A stretch of 64,000 nucleotides of DNA from Dehalococcoides mccartyi (GTDB lineage Bacteria; Chloroflexota; Dehalococcoidia; UBA2979). The position numbers and the translations under genes are program-made. Positions 18,205-28,058 of this stretch are shown one piece after another. Under the pieces are notes generated by a model. That model was not told the DNA's origin and ran no database searches. It worked only from the letters and a program-made list of their open reading frames with translations. Position 1 is the first letter of the stretch; every line of letters begins with the position of its first letter. The DNA is taken from contig CAMBFG010000006.1 in the NCBI GenBank assembly GCA_945865925.1, forward strand, positions 64,760 through 128,759, in the 5' to 3' direction.

Positions 18205-19125
18205 CTAGGAGCGCGCCGCGCGCGCGAGGTCCGCGACCCAGAGGCTGCGGAAGATGTACCACTGCGCCGGGTCGCGCCGGACGAACTGTTCGAGCTGGTG
18301 GAAGACCGCCTGCGTCAGGCCTCGGACGTCAGCGTCCTGGTCGCCGGTTGGGGTGAACGCTACCGGTGCCACCTGCACGGTGACCGAGTCTCCCCAGGGA
18401 TGGATGCGCGGCAAGGCAGCGGCGATCACGGACGATCCGGCCCGCAGCGCGATCCGCGCCGGCCCATCCGGTACCGCGATCCGCTCGCCGAAGAACTCGA
18501 CCTCGATGCCGTCCGAGGGCTCTGGGATATCGATCAGCACCGCGACGACGTCGTTGCCGCGCAGCGCACGCAGGATCCCCGGGCCCATCCGCTCTGCCGC
18601 GATCACCTTCATCCCGAGGTGCTCACGCGAGCCGAGGACGAGGCGGTTCACCGGCCCGTTCTCGAAGGTGTCCGCGATCACGGAGATCGGGAACCCCTTC
18701 TGCGCGAGGATGGCCGCGCCCAGGTCCCAGTTTCCGAAGTGCATCGTGACGAACACGATGCCGTTCCCGCGGCGTTCGGCCTGTAGACCCGCCCAGCCGT
18801 CCCACACCACGCGCCGGTTGACCTCGGTGGCGTCGGTCCGGAGGAAGCGCACGAAGTCCACGAGGTAGACGATGTAGTTCCCGAAGGAGCGTCGCGCCAA
18901 CCGCCGCGCCGCCTTCGCATCCCCGCCTGTCACCCGCAGCATGTTCGCCACACATCGACGCCGCCCGCCGCGCCACGCGAAGTAGGCGAGCAGGCCGACG
19001 CTTCGGGCGACGGCGTATGACAGGCGCAGTGGGATTGCGCGGGTCAGCAGCGCGCCGAACTTGAAGGCGATGTAGGTCAGCATGGCGGAAGCGTACCGGC
19101 GGCGAGCGTTGGGCGTCTCCCTCAC
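18205..19125 (-). CDS. Lysophospholipid/lipid A-type acyltransferase (LPLAT, HtrB-like), copy 2
   Basis: TMHFGNWD ... paralog of adjacent gene. Confidence 0.7.
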   Translation of the reverse strand: MRETPNARRRYASAMLTYIAFKFGALLTRAIPLRLSYAVARSVGLLAYFAWRGGRRRCVANMLRVTGGDAKAARRLARRSFGNYIVYLVDFVRFLRTDATEVNRRVVWDGWAGLQAERRGNGIVFVTMHFGNWDLGAAILAQKGFPISVIADTFENGPVNRLVLGSREHLGMKVIAAERMGPGILRALRGNDVVAVLIDIPEPSDGIEVEFFGERIAVPDGPARIALRAGSSVIAAALPRIHPWGDSVTVQVAPVAFTPTGDQDADVRGLTQAVFHQLEQFVRRDPAQWYIFRSLWVADLARAARS

Positions 19126-19196
19126 GCGCGCGTGACACGAGACGAGCCCGCCAATGGCGGGCTCGCTCGGGGTGGGGGGAGAGTCTGTTTGGAGGG

Positions 19197-20270
19197 CTAT
19201 TCGCCCTTGATGAACGCCTCGACGCCGTCGCGGGCGTCCTCATCCAGCATCTGGCGCGGGGGTGACTTCATGAAGTACGCCGCCGCCGGGTACAGCGGGC
19301 CGCCGATGCCACGGTCCAGGCCCAACTTCGCCGCTCGCACCGCGTCGATGACGACACCAGCGGAGTTCGGCGAGTCCCAGACCTCAAGCTTCAGTTCCAC
19401 GTTCAGCGGTACATCCCCGAAGGTCGTGCCCTCGATGCGGATGTGGCACCACTTGCGGTCCTTCAGCCACGGCACGTAGTCCGAAGGCCCCACGTGGACG
19501 TCCGCCGCCGGCAGTTCGTAGGCGATCTGCGAGGTGACCGCAGAGGTCTTCGAGATCTTCTTGGACTCCAGACGTTCCCGCTCCAGCATGTTCATGAAGT
19601 CGGTGTTGCCACCGAAGTTCAACTGGTAGGTGCGGTCGATGCGCACGCCGCGGTCCTGGAACAGCCGGACGAGGTTGCGGTGGATGATGGTCGCGCCGAC
19701 CTGCGACTTGATGTCGTCGCCGATGATCGGCAGGCCCTTCTCCTTGAACCGGTCAGCCCAGTAGGGCTCTTTCGCGATGAACACCGGGATGCAGTTGATG
19801 AAGGCACACCCGGCCTGCAATACCTGCTCGACGTACCACTTCGTCGCCTCTTCCGAGCCGACCGGGAGGTAGTTGATGACGACGTGGGTGTTCGTTTCCT
19901 TCAGGATCTTCACGATGTCCGCGGTCTGGCCGGGCGCCTTCGTGATCACCTGCGAGAGGTACTTGCCGATGCCGTCATGCGTCATCCCGCGCTCGACCTT
20001 GAGGCCGGTCATCGGGACGTCCGTGAACTTCACCGTGTTGTTCTGGCCCGAGAAGATCGCTTCGGAGAGGTCCTTGCCGACCTTCTCGATGTCCACGTCG
20101 AAGGCGGCCGTGAAGTTGATGTCCTTGATGTGGTAGCCGCCGAGCACCGGGTGCATCAGCCCCGGAATCTCGTCGCCCGCCTCTGCGTTCTTGTAGTACT
20201 CGACGCCCTGCACCAGGGATGAGGCGCAGTTTCCGACGCCGATGATCGCGACGTTGATCTTCTCGCTCAT
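19197..20270 (-). CDS. ino1: myo-Inositol-3-phosphate synthase (start ATG 20270)
   Basis: [22 protein letters not shown] Rossmann start, conserved MIPS core; track ORF N-terminal extension is spurious. Confidence 0.9.
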   Translation of the reverse strand: MSEKINVAIIGVGNCASSLVQGVEYYKNAEAGDEIPGLMHPVLGGYHIKDINFTAAFDVDIEKVGKDLSEAIFSGQNNTVKFTDVPMTGLKVERGMTHDGIGKYLSQVITKAPGQTADIVKILKETNTHVVINYLPVGSEEATKWYVEQVLQAGCAFINCIPVFIAKEPYWADRFKEKGLPIIGDDIKSQVGATIIHRNLVRLFQDRGVRIDRTYQLNFGGNTDFMNMLERERLESKKISKTSAVTSQIAYELPAADVHVGPSDYVPWLKDRKWCHIRIEGTTFGDVPLNVELKLEVWDSPNSAGVVIDAVRAAKLGLDRGIGGPLYPAAAYFMKSPPRQMLDEDARDGVEAFIKGE

Positions 20271-20378
20271 GAGTTGGGCCTTTCGTGCCGGAGCGCCCGA
20301 GGAGGGGCGGTGAGGCTTACGGAGTCCAGCGTGCACCTTCGGACATCCATCCGTCCAGTCGAAAGATACGATATGATT

Positions 20379-20395
20379 CATAAGTAAGACAGATG
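20379..20395. promoter_or_regulatory. AT-rich dyad CAT-N11-ATG (LysR T-N11-A-type box candidate) in divergent ino1/lysR promoter
   Basis: cataagtaagacagatg in an otherwise GC-rich 130-nt divergent intergenic region. Confidence 0.3.
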
Positions 20396-20402
20396 GAACG
20401 CA

Positions 20403-21290
20403 ATGGAAGAAGACGCCCTCCCGCTCAACCTCCACCTCCACCACCTCGCTTATCTGCGCGAGGTGGAGCGGAGCGGCACGTTTACCGCCGCTGCCCGTCG
20501 CCTGCACATTTCCCAGTCCGCGCTCTCTCAGGCCCTCGCCGAATTCGAGCGGCGCCTGGGTGTCCCGCTGTTCGAGCGCGACGGTCGCCGCCGCTCACTG
20601 ACCGAGGCGGGCCGAGAGGCTGCGCGCTTCGCCTCGGAAGTGCTCGGCAGGGCGACCGAGCTGCGCGCCTGGGCGGATGCCAGGCGCGCGGGCGGCGGCG
20701 GCTCGCTCGCGGTCGGGATGATCGATGCCGCCTCGCTGTACGTCCTGCCGTCGGCGGTGAGCGCGTTCCGGGCGTCGCATCCCGGTGTCGCGTTGCGTGT
20801 TGTCGTCGATACGACCGAGGCGCTACTGGAGCGTCTGCTTCGCTTCGAGATCGACCTCGCGGTCGTCGTCGGCCCCGTCGCCCCTGGCTTCGAAACGGTC
20901 GAGGTCGCACGTGAGCCGCTGCGGCTGTACGGGCCTCCCGGCCAGACGGCGCCCGGCCCGGAAGCCGAATGGATCCTCTACCCCGCTGGCTCACACACCC
21001 GCGCGGTGATCGATGCGGCACTCGCGGCGCAGCGCATCGTGCCCCGGGTCACGCTGGAGTCCAGCAACCCGCAGGTGCTCCGTCAGCTGGTTGTCCTCGG
21101 CTTTGGGTGGAGCGTGCTGCCAGAGCGGGTCGCGGAGGACGGGCCGTCACCACTGAGGCCGTCAGGGGACGTGCTGGGCGAACGGACACTGCTTGGGGTG
21201 AGGCGGCCAGGAGCGCCGCCGGATGCGCGTGCGGAGGCATTCCTCGCACTCGCGGTTGCGGCCGGATCGGCCGCGCGTGAAGGCGCCTAG
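20403..21290 (+). CDS. LysR-family transcriptional regulator
   Basis: N-terminal [51 protein letters not shown]; divergent from ino1. Confidence 0.85.
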   Translation: MEEDALPLNLHLHHLAYLREVERSGTFTAAARRLHISQSALSQALAEFERRLGVPLFERDGRRRSLTEAGREAARFASEVLGRATELRAWADARRAGGGGSLAVGMIDAASLYVLPSAVSAFRASHPGVALRVVVDTTEALLERLLRFEIDLAVVVGPVAPGFETVEVAREPLRLYGPPGQTAPGPEAEWILYPAGSHTRAVIDAALAAQRIVPRVTLESSNPQVLRQLVVLGFGWSVLPERVAEDGPSPLRPSGDVLGERTLLGVRRPGAPPDARAEAFLALAVAAGSAAREGA

Positions 21291-21433
21291 ACCGGCGCCT
21301 TCACGAGTTTGGACATCCGCGTGCCGCAGACCCCACACGGTGCCTGCATCGCGGTCTTGCCGTTCTTGAGGGTCACCTGCTGAGGTGCCTCAAGGTCCCG
21401 CATCGCGCGGCATTTCAGGCAATATGCCTGCAT
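21287..21433 (-). CDS. Small zinc-ribbon protein (DUF5679-like, 48 aa)
   Basis: MQAYCLKCRAMRDLE...CGVCGTRMSKLV with two CxxC pairs. Confidence 0.5.
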   Translation of the reverse strand: MQAYCLKCRAMRDLEAPQQVTLKNGKTAMQAPCGVCGTRMSKLVKAPV

Positions 21434-21522
21434 CGGGCCCACCTCCTTGTGGCGTTGAGGTTCCGATTGCCCGGTAAGTACGCTTCCCGCCCGCCGCCTG
21501 TCAACAGACTCGGGTAAGCGGG

Positions 21523-22464
21523 CTACGGAGTGGTAGGAGCGACGACGGCCGGTTCCGGGGGGAAGACGCGGTACGGGTGCCACGCCCCCAGGACGTTCGA
21601 GGGCTCCAGCAGCGCGAGCAGTACCCCGTCCGGTCCGTACGCCCGCACCCGGCGCTGGCCTTCGATCGCGACATAACCGTTCATCGCGAGCGACGCGTCG
21701 AGGCCCTGGCGGACTCGGGCGGTCTGTTCGCCCGTCAGGGTGACAGCGGGCCAGTCACCGATCACGGCGTCCGGTGGCAGCAAGAGCGAGGCGCCCTCTC
21801 CGGCATCGAGGCGGGCCACCGCCTCGTCCAGCGGGATCGCCTCGTCGGCTACGAACGGGCCCACCTGCGTGCGCCGGAGGCCGGACAGATGCGCGCCGGT
21901 GCCCAGCAGCGCACCGAGGTCGTGCGCAAGCGATCGGACGTAGAACCCTTTGCCACAGCGGACATCGAGGTGCAGGACGGGCCGGTCTGCCTCGGAGCGG
22001 TCGAGCCCCAGCACGTCGAGGGCGTACACGATGACCGGTCGCGCATCGAGGGTGAGCGGGTCGCCGCGTCGCGCCGCGCGGTAGGCGGGGACGCCGGCCC
22101 GCTTCACGGCGGAGTACGCCGGCGGCACCTGCATCTGCTCGCCTACGAAGCCCTCGAGCGCCGCGCGCAGCCGCACCTCGTCGAGCCCGGTGGCGTCGTG
22201 GACTTCGACGGTCTCGCCTTCGATGTCGTAGGTGTCGGTCTCGATGCCGAAGCGGATCTCAGCGGTATAGCGCTTGCGTGCACCGACGAGTTCGTCCACG
22301 AGCCGCGTGGCCTCGCCGATCGCGATCGGCAAGACGCCGGTGGCGTTGGGGTCCAGGGTGCCGGCATGCCCCACCTTCTTGGTGCGGGCCGCGCGACGGA
22401 TGCGGCGCACGACCTCGAACGAGGTGATGCCGCGAGGTTTGTCGACGTTGATGAAGCCGCGCAT
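21523..22464 (-). CDS. truB: tRNA pseudouridine(55) synthase
   Basis: MRGFINVDKPRGITSFEVV...GHAGTLDP motif, PUA C-terminus. Confidence 0.9.
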   Translation of the reverse strand: MRGFINVDKPRGITSFEVVRRIRRAARTKKVGHAGTLDPNATGVLPIAIGEATRLVDELVGARKRYTAEIRFGIETDTYDIEGETVEVHDATGLDEVRLRAALEGFVGEQMQVPPAYSAVKRAGVPAYRAARRGDPLTLDARPVIVYALDVLGLDRSEADRPVLHLDVRCGKGFYVRSLAHDLGALLGTGAHLSGLRRTQVGPFVADEAIPLDEAVARLDAGEGASLLLPPDAVIGDWPAVTLTGEQTARVRQGLDASLAMNGYVAIEGQRRVRAYGPDGVLLALLEPSNVLGAWHPYRVFPPEPAVVAPTTP

Positions 22465-22477
22465 CCGAGTCCGTCCG

Positions 22478-22927
22478 TTACGGCGTAGGCAGGTCACGCC
22501 CGTCGGCCTGGGCGACATCGCGCAGCAGGGTGGTGATCCGGTCCGCCTCGGCCATCGAGCCGTCGCGCGTGAAGTGCAGCCGAGGTACCCGGCGGATGTG
22601 CAGTTGCTTGCCGAGTTCGCGGTGCAGGAACGGCTCGACGCGTTCGAGCGCGTTCATCGCGGCAGCCGTCTGCTCCTCGTCGCCGAGGACGGACACACCG
22701 ACCCGCGCGTGGGCGAGGTCAGGGGTGACCTCCACCGCGGTGAACGAGAGGATCACGCCCTGCAGGTCCGGATGCTTCACGCGGCGGTTGACCAGGTCGG
22801 CGATGACCACCTGAATGATGTCCCCGACCTTCTCAGTACGACGGGTCAGCGGACCTGCTCCAGGTGGTACGTCACGATCTCGTCGCCTTCCTCGAACGAG
22901 TCGAAGTTCGAGACGACGATGCCACAT
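22478..22927 (-). CDS. rbfA: Ribosome-binding factor A (true start probably internal, ~22840-22850)
   Basis: RTEKVGDIIQVVIADLVNRRVKHPDL...VTPDLAHARVGVSV matches the RbfA fold consensus. Confidence 0.8.
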   Translation of the reverse strand: MWHRRLELRLVRGRRRDRDVPPGAGPLTRRTEKVGDIIQVVIADLVNRRVKHPDLQGVILSFTAVEVTPDLAHARVGVSVLGDEEQTAAAMNALERVEPFLHRELGKQLHIRRVPRLHFTRDGSMAEADRITTLLRDVAQADGRDLPTP

Positions 22928-24630
22928 TCGAGGCCGGCCGCGACGTCGCGGGCGTCATCACTGATGCGCTTCAGCGACTCGATGGTGCCCTCGTGCAGCA
23001 CTTCGCCCTTGCGGCGGACGCGACAGCGTGCGCCACGGACGGCAGTGCCCTCTCGCACGTAGGAACCGGCGATGGCGTTGCGACGGCTGACGCGGAAGAT
23101 CTGGCGCACTTCGATGGTGGCGTCCTGGCGCTCCTCGAAGATCGGCTCCAGCAGGCCCTGAACGGCCTTCTCCACGTCCGCGATGATGTCGTAGATGATC
23201 CGGTACTCGCGTACCTCGATCTTCTCGGCGTCCGCCAGGCGGCGAGCGCTCGGCTCGACACCCGAGTTGAACGCGATGATCACGGCCTTCGCCGCGACCG
23301 AGAGCTGGACGTCCGACTCCGTGACGGAGCCGACGGCAGCGTGGATCACGCGCACGCGCACATCCGGCAGCGTGAGGTCTTCCAGCGTCTTCACCAGCGG
23401 TTCGACTGAACCGTGGACGTCTGCCTTCAACACGAGGTTGAAGTCGGTGATCGAGCCCTTGCGGATCTCACCGAACAGCGAGTCCAACGTGACGGCTGCG
23501 CGCTCCTCGAGGCCGGCGAGGCGGCGGCGCTTGTGCTCCTCCACCTCAGCGCGGGCGATCTTCTCGTCCTTGCGGATCTCGAAGCGCTCCCCGGAGGCCG
23601 GGACGTCGTCCAGGCCCAGCACCTCGACGGGTGTCGAGGGGCCGGCGATCTTCAGTTTCTCGCCATCCGCGGCGGTCATTGCCTTCACGCGGCCGACGGA
23701 CATCCCGGCGATCACGGTGTCGCCGACGGTCAGCGTGCCCGTCTGCACGAGCAGCGTGGCCACGACACCTCGGTGCCGGTCCGTCTTCGCCTCGAGCACG
23801 ACGCCACGGGCGGGCTGGTCGACACGCGCGGTCAGCGTCTGCATGTCCGCGACCAGCAGGACGTTCTCCAGGAGTTCGTCGATGCCCTCGCCCTTGATCG
23901 CGGAGGTGGGGACGACGATCTGGTCGCCACCGTATTCCTCCGGCACCAGACCGAGCTCCATCAACTGCTGCTTGGCACGGTCAGGGTTGGCGTTGTTTGC
24001 GTCGATCTTGTTCAGCGCGATCACCAGCGGGACGCCAGCCGCGCGCACGTGGTCGATCGCCTCGCGCGTCTGCTGCATCACGCCGTCGTCCGCCGCCACG
24101 ACCACGATCGCGACGTCAGTGACGCGAGCGCCGCGCGCCCGCATCTGCGAGAACGCCTCGTGGCCCGGGGTGTCGATGAAGGTGAGGAGCCGGCCGTCCG
24201 GTGCCGTCGCCTGGTAGGCGCCGATGTGCTGGGTGATGCCACCGGCTTCGCCTGCGGCGACGTTCGCGCGGCGGATGCGGTCCAGCAGCGTGGTCTTGCC
24301 GTGGTCGACGTGGCCCAGGACGGTGATCACGGGCGGACGCGTCACGAGTCCTTCGCCCTCGTCCACGATGCGGAGCGAGGTGCTGGGCACCTCTGCCTGG
24401 TCCTCGGTGTCGGCCGTCTCGGTGTCTGCCGGAGCGTCTTCCTCGAGTGCGAAGCCCATGTCGGTCGCGACGATCGCGGCGGTGTCGAAGTCCACGACCT
24501 GGTTGATCGTGGCCATGACGCCGTTCTTCATCAGTTCTTTGATCACATCGACGGGCGTCACACCGAGCAATGCGGCAAGGTCCGCAACGACGATTGCGTT
24601 GGGGATCTTTACGACCTGTTGGTTCGTCAT
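22846..24630 (-). CDS. infB: Translation initiation factor IF-2 (short form, 594 aa)
   Basis: GTP-binding domain [25 protein letters not shown]; IF-2 C-terminal domains. Confidence 0.9.
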   Translation of the reverse strand: MTNQQVVKIPNAIVVADLAALLGVTPVDVIKELMKNGVMATINQVVDFDTAAIVATDMGFALEEDAPADTETADTEDQAEVPSTSLRIVDEGEGLVTRPPVITVLGHVDHGKTTLLDRIRRANVAAGEAGGITQHIGAYQATAPDGRLLTFIDTPGHEAFSQMRARGARVTDVAIVVVAADDGVMQQTREAIDHVRAAGVPLVIALNKIDANNANPDRAKQQLMELGLVPEEYGGDQIVVPTSAIKGEGIDELLENVLLVADMQTLTARVDQPARGVVLEAKTDRHRGVVATLLVQTGTLTVGDTVIAGMSVGRVKAMTAADGEKLKIAGPSTPVEVLGLDDVPASGERFEIRKDEKIARAEVEEHKRRRLAGLEERAAVTLDSLFGEIRKGSITDFNLVLKADVHGSVEPLVKTLEDLTLPDVRVRVIHAAVGSVTESDVQLSVAAKAVIIAFNSGVEPSARRLADAEKIEVREYRIIYDIIADVEKAVQGLLEPIFEERQDATIEVRQIFRVSRRNAIAGSYVREGTAVRGARCRVRRKGEVLHEGTIESLKRISDDARDVAAGLECGIVVSNFDSFEEGDEIVTYHLEQVR

Positions 24631-24986
24631 ACGCGTGCCTCGATGTCTCCGTCTGTGTGTCCGTCCGCCTGGGGGGCGGTGAATCGTCCTGCATAGGCGC
24701 GGAGCGCCTCACGGTCAGCCTCGTCCAGTGTCACCCGGAGGGAGCCCTGGAGCGCCCCGGCGATGCCGCGCTGCCAGCAGGCTGCCGAGGGGTGCAGGTA
24801 CGCACCCCGGCCGGGTGCCTTCCCGCGCTCGTCCACCTCGACGTGGCCCTCCACCGTCCGTACGACCCGGACGAAGGAGGACTGGTCACCCTCCTGGCGG
24901 CACGCCACGCAGGTGCGTTGCGGCCGAGGCCGAATGCGGCCTCCTGCTGCCGGATGGCTACTCGTCGTCCTCGTCCTCGTCCTCAA
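24627..24986 (-). CDS. YlxR/DUF448 RNA-binding protein (start uncertain)
   Basis: RTCVACRQ...[11 protein letters not shown] motif typical of YlxR; position between nusA and infB. Confidence 0.7.
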   Translation of the reverse strand: MRTRTRTTSSHPAAGGRIRPRPQRTCVACRQEGDQSSFVRVVRTVEGHVEVDERGKAPGRGAYLHPSAACWQRGIAGALQGSLRVTLDEADREALRAYAGRFTAPQADGHTDGDIEARV

Positions 24987-26595
24987 TCAAGTCGTCGCCG
25001 TGCAGCGCCGCCTCGATCTCTTCCTCGTCGAAGTCGTCCAGCACGCGTCGACCGCTACCGCCGGCACCGCGCTGCGGCGGCTGCGGGCGAGTGCTGCGGA
25101 CGGGCGCCACCGGGCCACCTCGGCTACCACGGTTGCCGCGACCACCGCGGCCTGCGGCCGCGCCACGACGGCGCTCTTCCTCTTCCTCGTCCACGACCAG
25201 GTCGCGGATGTCCTCGCCGAAGCGGAGGCCACCGGGTTGGGCGGGGGTACGAGGTCGGACGGGGGCGGGCGCAGCCACCTCGGCGGCGGGGGCAACCGTC
25301 TCCGGCTCCTCCTCCACGAACTCCGCCATGACCTCCTGCTCGGGGGTGAGGCGGATCTCCTCGTCCTGACGCACGGCCGGACGCGGGGGACGCTCGCCGG
25401 GCAGGCCCGGCCGCGTGTAGAGCGCCTGCGAGGGCGCGATGGCGTCCGGGGACGGCGCAGCGGTCGCGGTGGCGGCGGGGCCGCGGCCCGGGACCGGGAG
25501 CGCCTCCATGTTCGGCTCGGGCGGCGGGAACAGGTCCTCACCGGCCGCGATGATGGCGGACTCGCCTCGGATGTCGATGCGGCGGCCCGTGAGTTGCGCG
25601 GCCAGGCGGGCGTTCTGCCCTTCCTTGCCGATCGCGAGGCTCAACTGCTTGTCCGGCACCGCGAGGTACGCGGTGTTCGTGTCGCGGTCGATGCGGATCG
25701 AGACGACTTCCGCCGGAGACAACGAGTTCGCGACGAACGCTTCCTCGACCGGGTCCCAGCGGACGACATCGATGCGCTCGCCGCCGAGTTCGTTCACGAT
25801 GTTCTGGATGCGCGAGCCGCGCACGCCGACGCACGCGCCGATCGGGTCAATGCCGTGCTGGCGCGAGATGACGGCGATCTTCGTGCGGTGGCCACCGTCA
25901 CGGGCGATCCCCATGACCTCGACGACGCCCCGCGCGATCTCCGGCACTTCGAGTTCGAACAGGCGCTTGACCAGCGCCGGGTTCGAGCGGGAGACCACGA
26001 CCTGCGGGCCCTTCGAGGCTTTGTAGACTTCCTTCACGAATACGCGGAGCCGCTGCCCCACGCGGTAGTGCTCGGAACGCACCTGCTCCGCTGCCGGCAG
26101 CACTGCCTCCGTCCGGCCGAGGTCGAGGATCACCTGGCGGCGTCCACCCTCAACTCGGAGCACCGTGCCGGAGACGAGTTCGCCCTCTTTGCCGGTGAAG
26201 TCCTCGAAGACGGACTCGCGCTCAGCCTCGCGCAGCCGCTGGAGCACAACCTGCTTCAGGGTCTGAGCGGCGATGCGTCCCGCCGGGGCGGCGGCGACCT
26301 CTTCCTTGATGACGTCTCCGGCGTGCTTGCCGGGGTACCCCATCGTGGAGGCGCGCTCGGGCGACACCTGAAGTTCGTCATCCTCGATGTCATCGTCCGG
26401 GGTCACCGTGTAGAGGCGCCACGCGTCGATGTCGCCGGAGTCCCGGTTGATTTTGACCTCGACCTCCGCGTACTGGAGGTCGTCCTTCTTCAGGGCAGAG
26501 GACATGGCCGCTTCGACAGCCGCGAAGACGGTATCGGAGTCCAGATTCTTCTCTGCCGAGAGCTGAGCGATGGCGAGGACGAATTCGTTTTTCAT
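24958..26595 (-). CDS. nusA: Transcription termination/antitermination factor NusA with acidic C-terminal tail (start ATG 26595)
   Basis: MKNEFVLAIAQLSAEKNL..., S1 and KH domains, long Asp/Glu-rich C-terminus. Confidence 0.9.
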   Translation of the reverse strand: MKNEFVLAIAQLSAEKNLDSDTVFAAVEAAMSSALKKDDLQYAEVEVKINRDSGDIDAWRLYTVTPDDDIEDDELQVSPERASTMGYPGKHAGDVIKEEVAAAPAGRIAAQTLKQVVLQRLREAERESVFEDFTGKEGELVSGTVLRVEGGRRQVILDLGRTEAVLPAAEQVRSEHYRVGQRLRVFVKEVYKASKGPQVVVSRSNPALVKRLFELEVPEIARGVVEVMGIARDGGHRTKIAVISRQHGIDPIGACVGVRGSRIQNIVNELGGERIDVVRWDPVEEAFVANSLSPAEVVSIRIDRDTNTAYLAVPDKQLSLAIGKEGQNARLAAQLTGRRIDIRGESAIIAAGEDLFPPPEPNMEALPVPGRGPAATATAAPSPDAIAPSQALYTRPGLPGERPPRPAVRQDEEIRLTPEQEVMAEFVEEEPETVAPAAEVAAPAPVRPRTPAQPGGLRFGEDIRDLVVDEEEEERRRGAAAGRGGRGNRGSRGGPVAPVRSTRPQPPQRGAGGSGRRVLDDFDEEEIEAALHGDDLIEDEDEDDE

Positions 26596-26631
26596 GGTCC
26601 ACCTGGGCCAGCCGGGGAATGGGGCGTTGCC

Positions 26632-26659
26632 AACAAAAAACGTGGGCTCAAGCCCACGT
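26632..26659 (-). terminator. Intrinsic-terminator-like hairpin with T-tract on minus strand, ~35 nt upstream of nusA start
   Basis: Minus strand reads ACGTGGGC TTGA GCCCACGT followed by TTTTTTG (plus strand aaaaaacgtgggctcaagcccacgt at 26634-26659). Confidence 0.5.
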
Positions 26660-26815
26660 CTCGGAAGGAGGCGTCGCCCGACCATCCTACCACCCCGATT
26701 TCGCCAATCACAAGGCGCATCAGGCGCGCCCCACCCCCTTCAGTCTGGGCTCGGCTGGTCGAGAATCACGAGGACAGACCACGTCCGCGCTCTGCGCGGA
26801 TACCACCGCCGAGTA

Positions 26816-28051
26816 GTGCCGCCGAGATTTGGGCGCAGACGGGAGCCGGAAGTGCGCCGCCTCGCCATCACCCACCGCGCCGCCGCCGGTGCTCCGCTCG
26901 CCCGCGATGTCGTGGGACGCAGCGGCGAGGTGCTCGCGCGCGCTGGCCACGTCCTGTCAGTCCGCGTCGTCCGCGCCCTCCAGCAGCGAGGCGTCACCAC
27001 CGTGTACGTCGACGATCTCGCCAGCGTCGGGATCTTGCTCACCTCCATCGTCCCCCACCCCGCGGCAGACACCCTCCAGCAACTGATGTCCGAATTGGCC
27101 TCGCGCCTGCAGGTGTCCGTCGAGTCGCTCGCCAGCCAGCCGACCCCCAGGATCGTCGAGGCCCTGCGCAACGGCACGTCGCCAGTCGCCGCAGTGCGCG
27201 TCACCGCGCTGCTCGCTGACATCCGCGCCGGGGCGGCCGCCCTCGCACGCGCGTGCGCCGAGGCTGATGGTGCCTCGGGCTACCTCACGGACCGCCAACC
27301 GGACGACGACCTCGTGGGGCACTCGGTCCAGGTGGCGGCGCTCACGGCGCGGATCGGCGCCGCCGTCGGGCTCGCGGACGACGACCTCGCCGCCGTGACC
27401 TACGCGGCGCTGCTGCACGACCTCGGCCTGATCTTCGTCCCGGCGGAGATCCGAGGTGCTCCCGAGCGCTGGAGCATTCCGCAGCGGATGCGGTTCGAGG
27501 ATCACACCGTCCTTGGTGAGGCGTTGCTGACCGTGCTCGCCCGCAGCCACGCGATCGTGCCCATCGTCGCCGCCGAGCACCACGAGGCGCAGGACGGCAG
27601 CGGCTTCCCGCGCGCGCTCCTCGGGGCCAACCGGGTCTTCCGTGTCGCCGACCGCAAGCGCGAAGCCCGACCGATCGCCCTCGCATCCGAGGTGGTCGCG
27701 GTCGCTGACCGCTACGAACGGCTGGTCTCGCCCGCGCCCTCCCGTGCGGGATTGTCGCCGGCCGAGGCGCGCTACGAACTGTCCTCGGAGGCTGGTACCA
27801 AACTCAACGCGGAGATCGTCGCGCGGTTTCTCGACACGTTCCCCGCGCTGCCCCTCGGTACGGAAGTTCGCGTCGTGGGCGGAGAGCACGATGGCTCACG
27901 CGCCATCGTCAGCCAGCCCGGCCGTGACACGCGCTCACGCCCCGTCGTGCGGGTGTACGCCGACCGGATGGGCTCTACGCACACACCGGTCGAGGTGAAC
28001 CTCGACATCTACCGGGACGTGAACGTGTTGCTGGACGAGCGCGCGGCCTAG
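26816..28051 (+). CDS. HD-GYP domain signalling protein (c-di-GMP phosphodiesterase-like); start uncertain
   Basis: HD...HHExxDGSGFP (EHHEAQDGSGFPRAL) motif; N-terminal ~180-aa uncharacterized domain; GTG 26816 is first plausible start that does not overlap nusA. Confidence 0.7.
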   Translation: MPPRFGRRREPEVRRLAITHRAAAGAPLARDVVGRSGEVLARAGHVLSVRVVRALQQRGVTTVYVDDLASVGILLTSIVPHPAADTLQQLMSELASRLQVSVESLASQPTPRIVEALRNGTSPVAAVRVTALLADIRAGAAALARACAEADGASGYLTDRQPDDDLVGHSVQVAALTARIGAAVGLADDDLAAVTYAALLHDLGLIFVPAEIRGAPERWSIPQRMRFEDHTVLGEALLTVLARSHAIVPIVAAEHHEAQDGSGFPRALLGANRVFRVADRKREARPIALASEVVAVADRYERLVSPAPSRAGLSPAEARYELSSEAGTKLNAEIVARFLDTFPALPLGTEVRVVGGEHDGSRAIVSQPGRDTRSRPVVRVYADRMGSTHTPVEVNLDIYRDVNVLLDERAA

Positions 28052-28058
28052 GCGGGCC

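Noticed and set aside
24763-27219. 818-aa plus-strand ORF
   Set aside because: Entirely antisense to nusA with Arg/Gly/Ala-rich low-complexity translation; high-GC artefact
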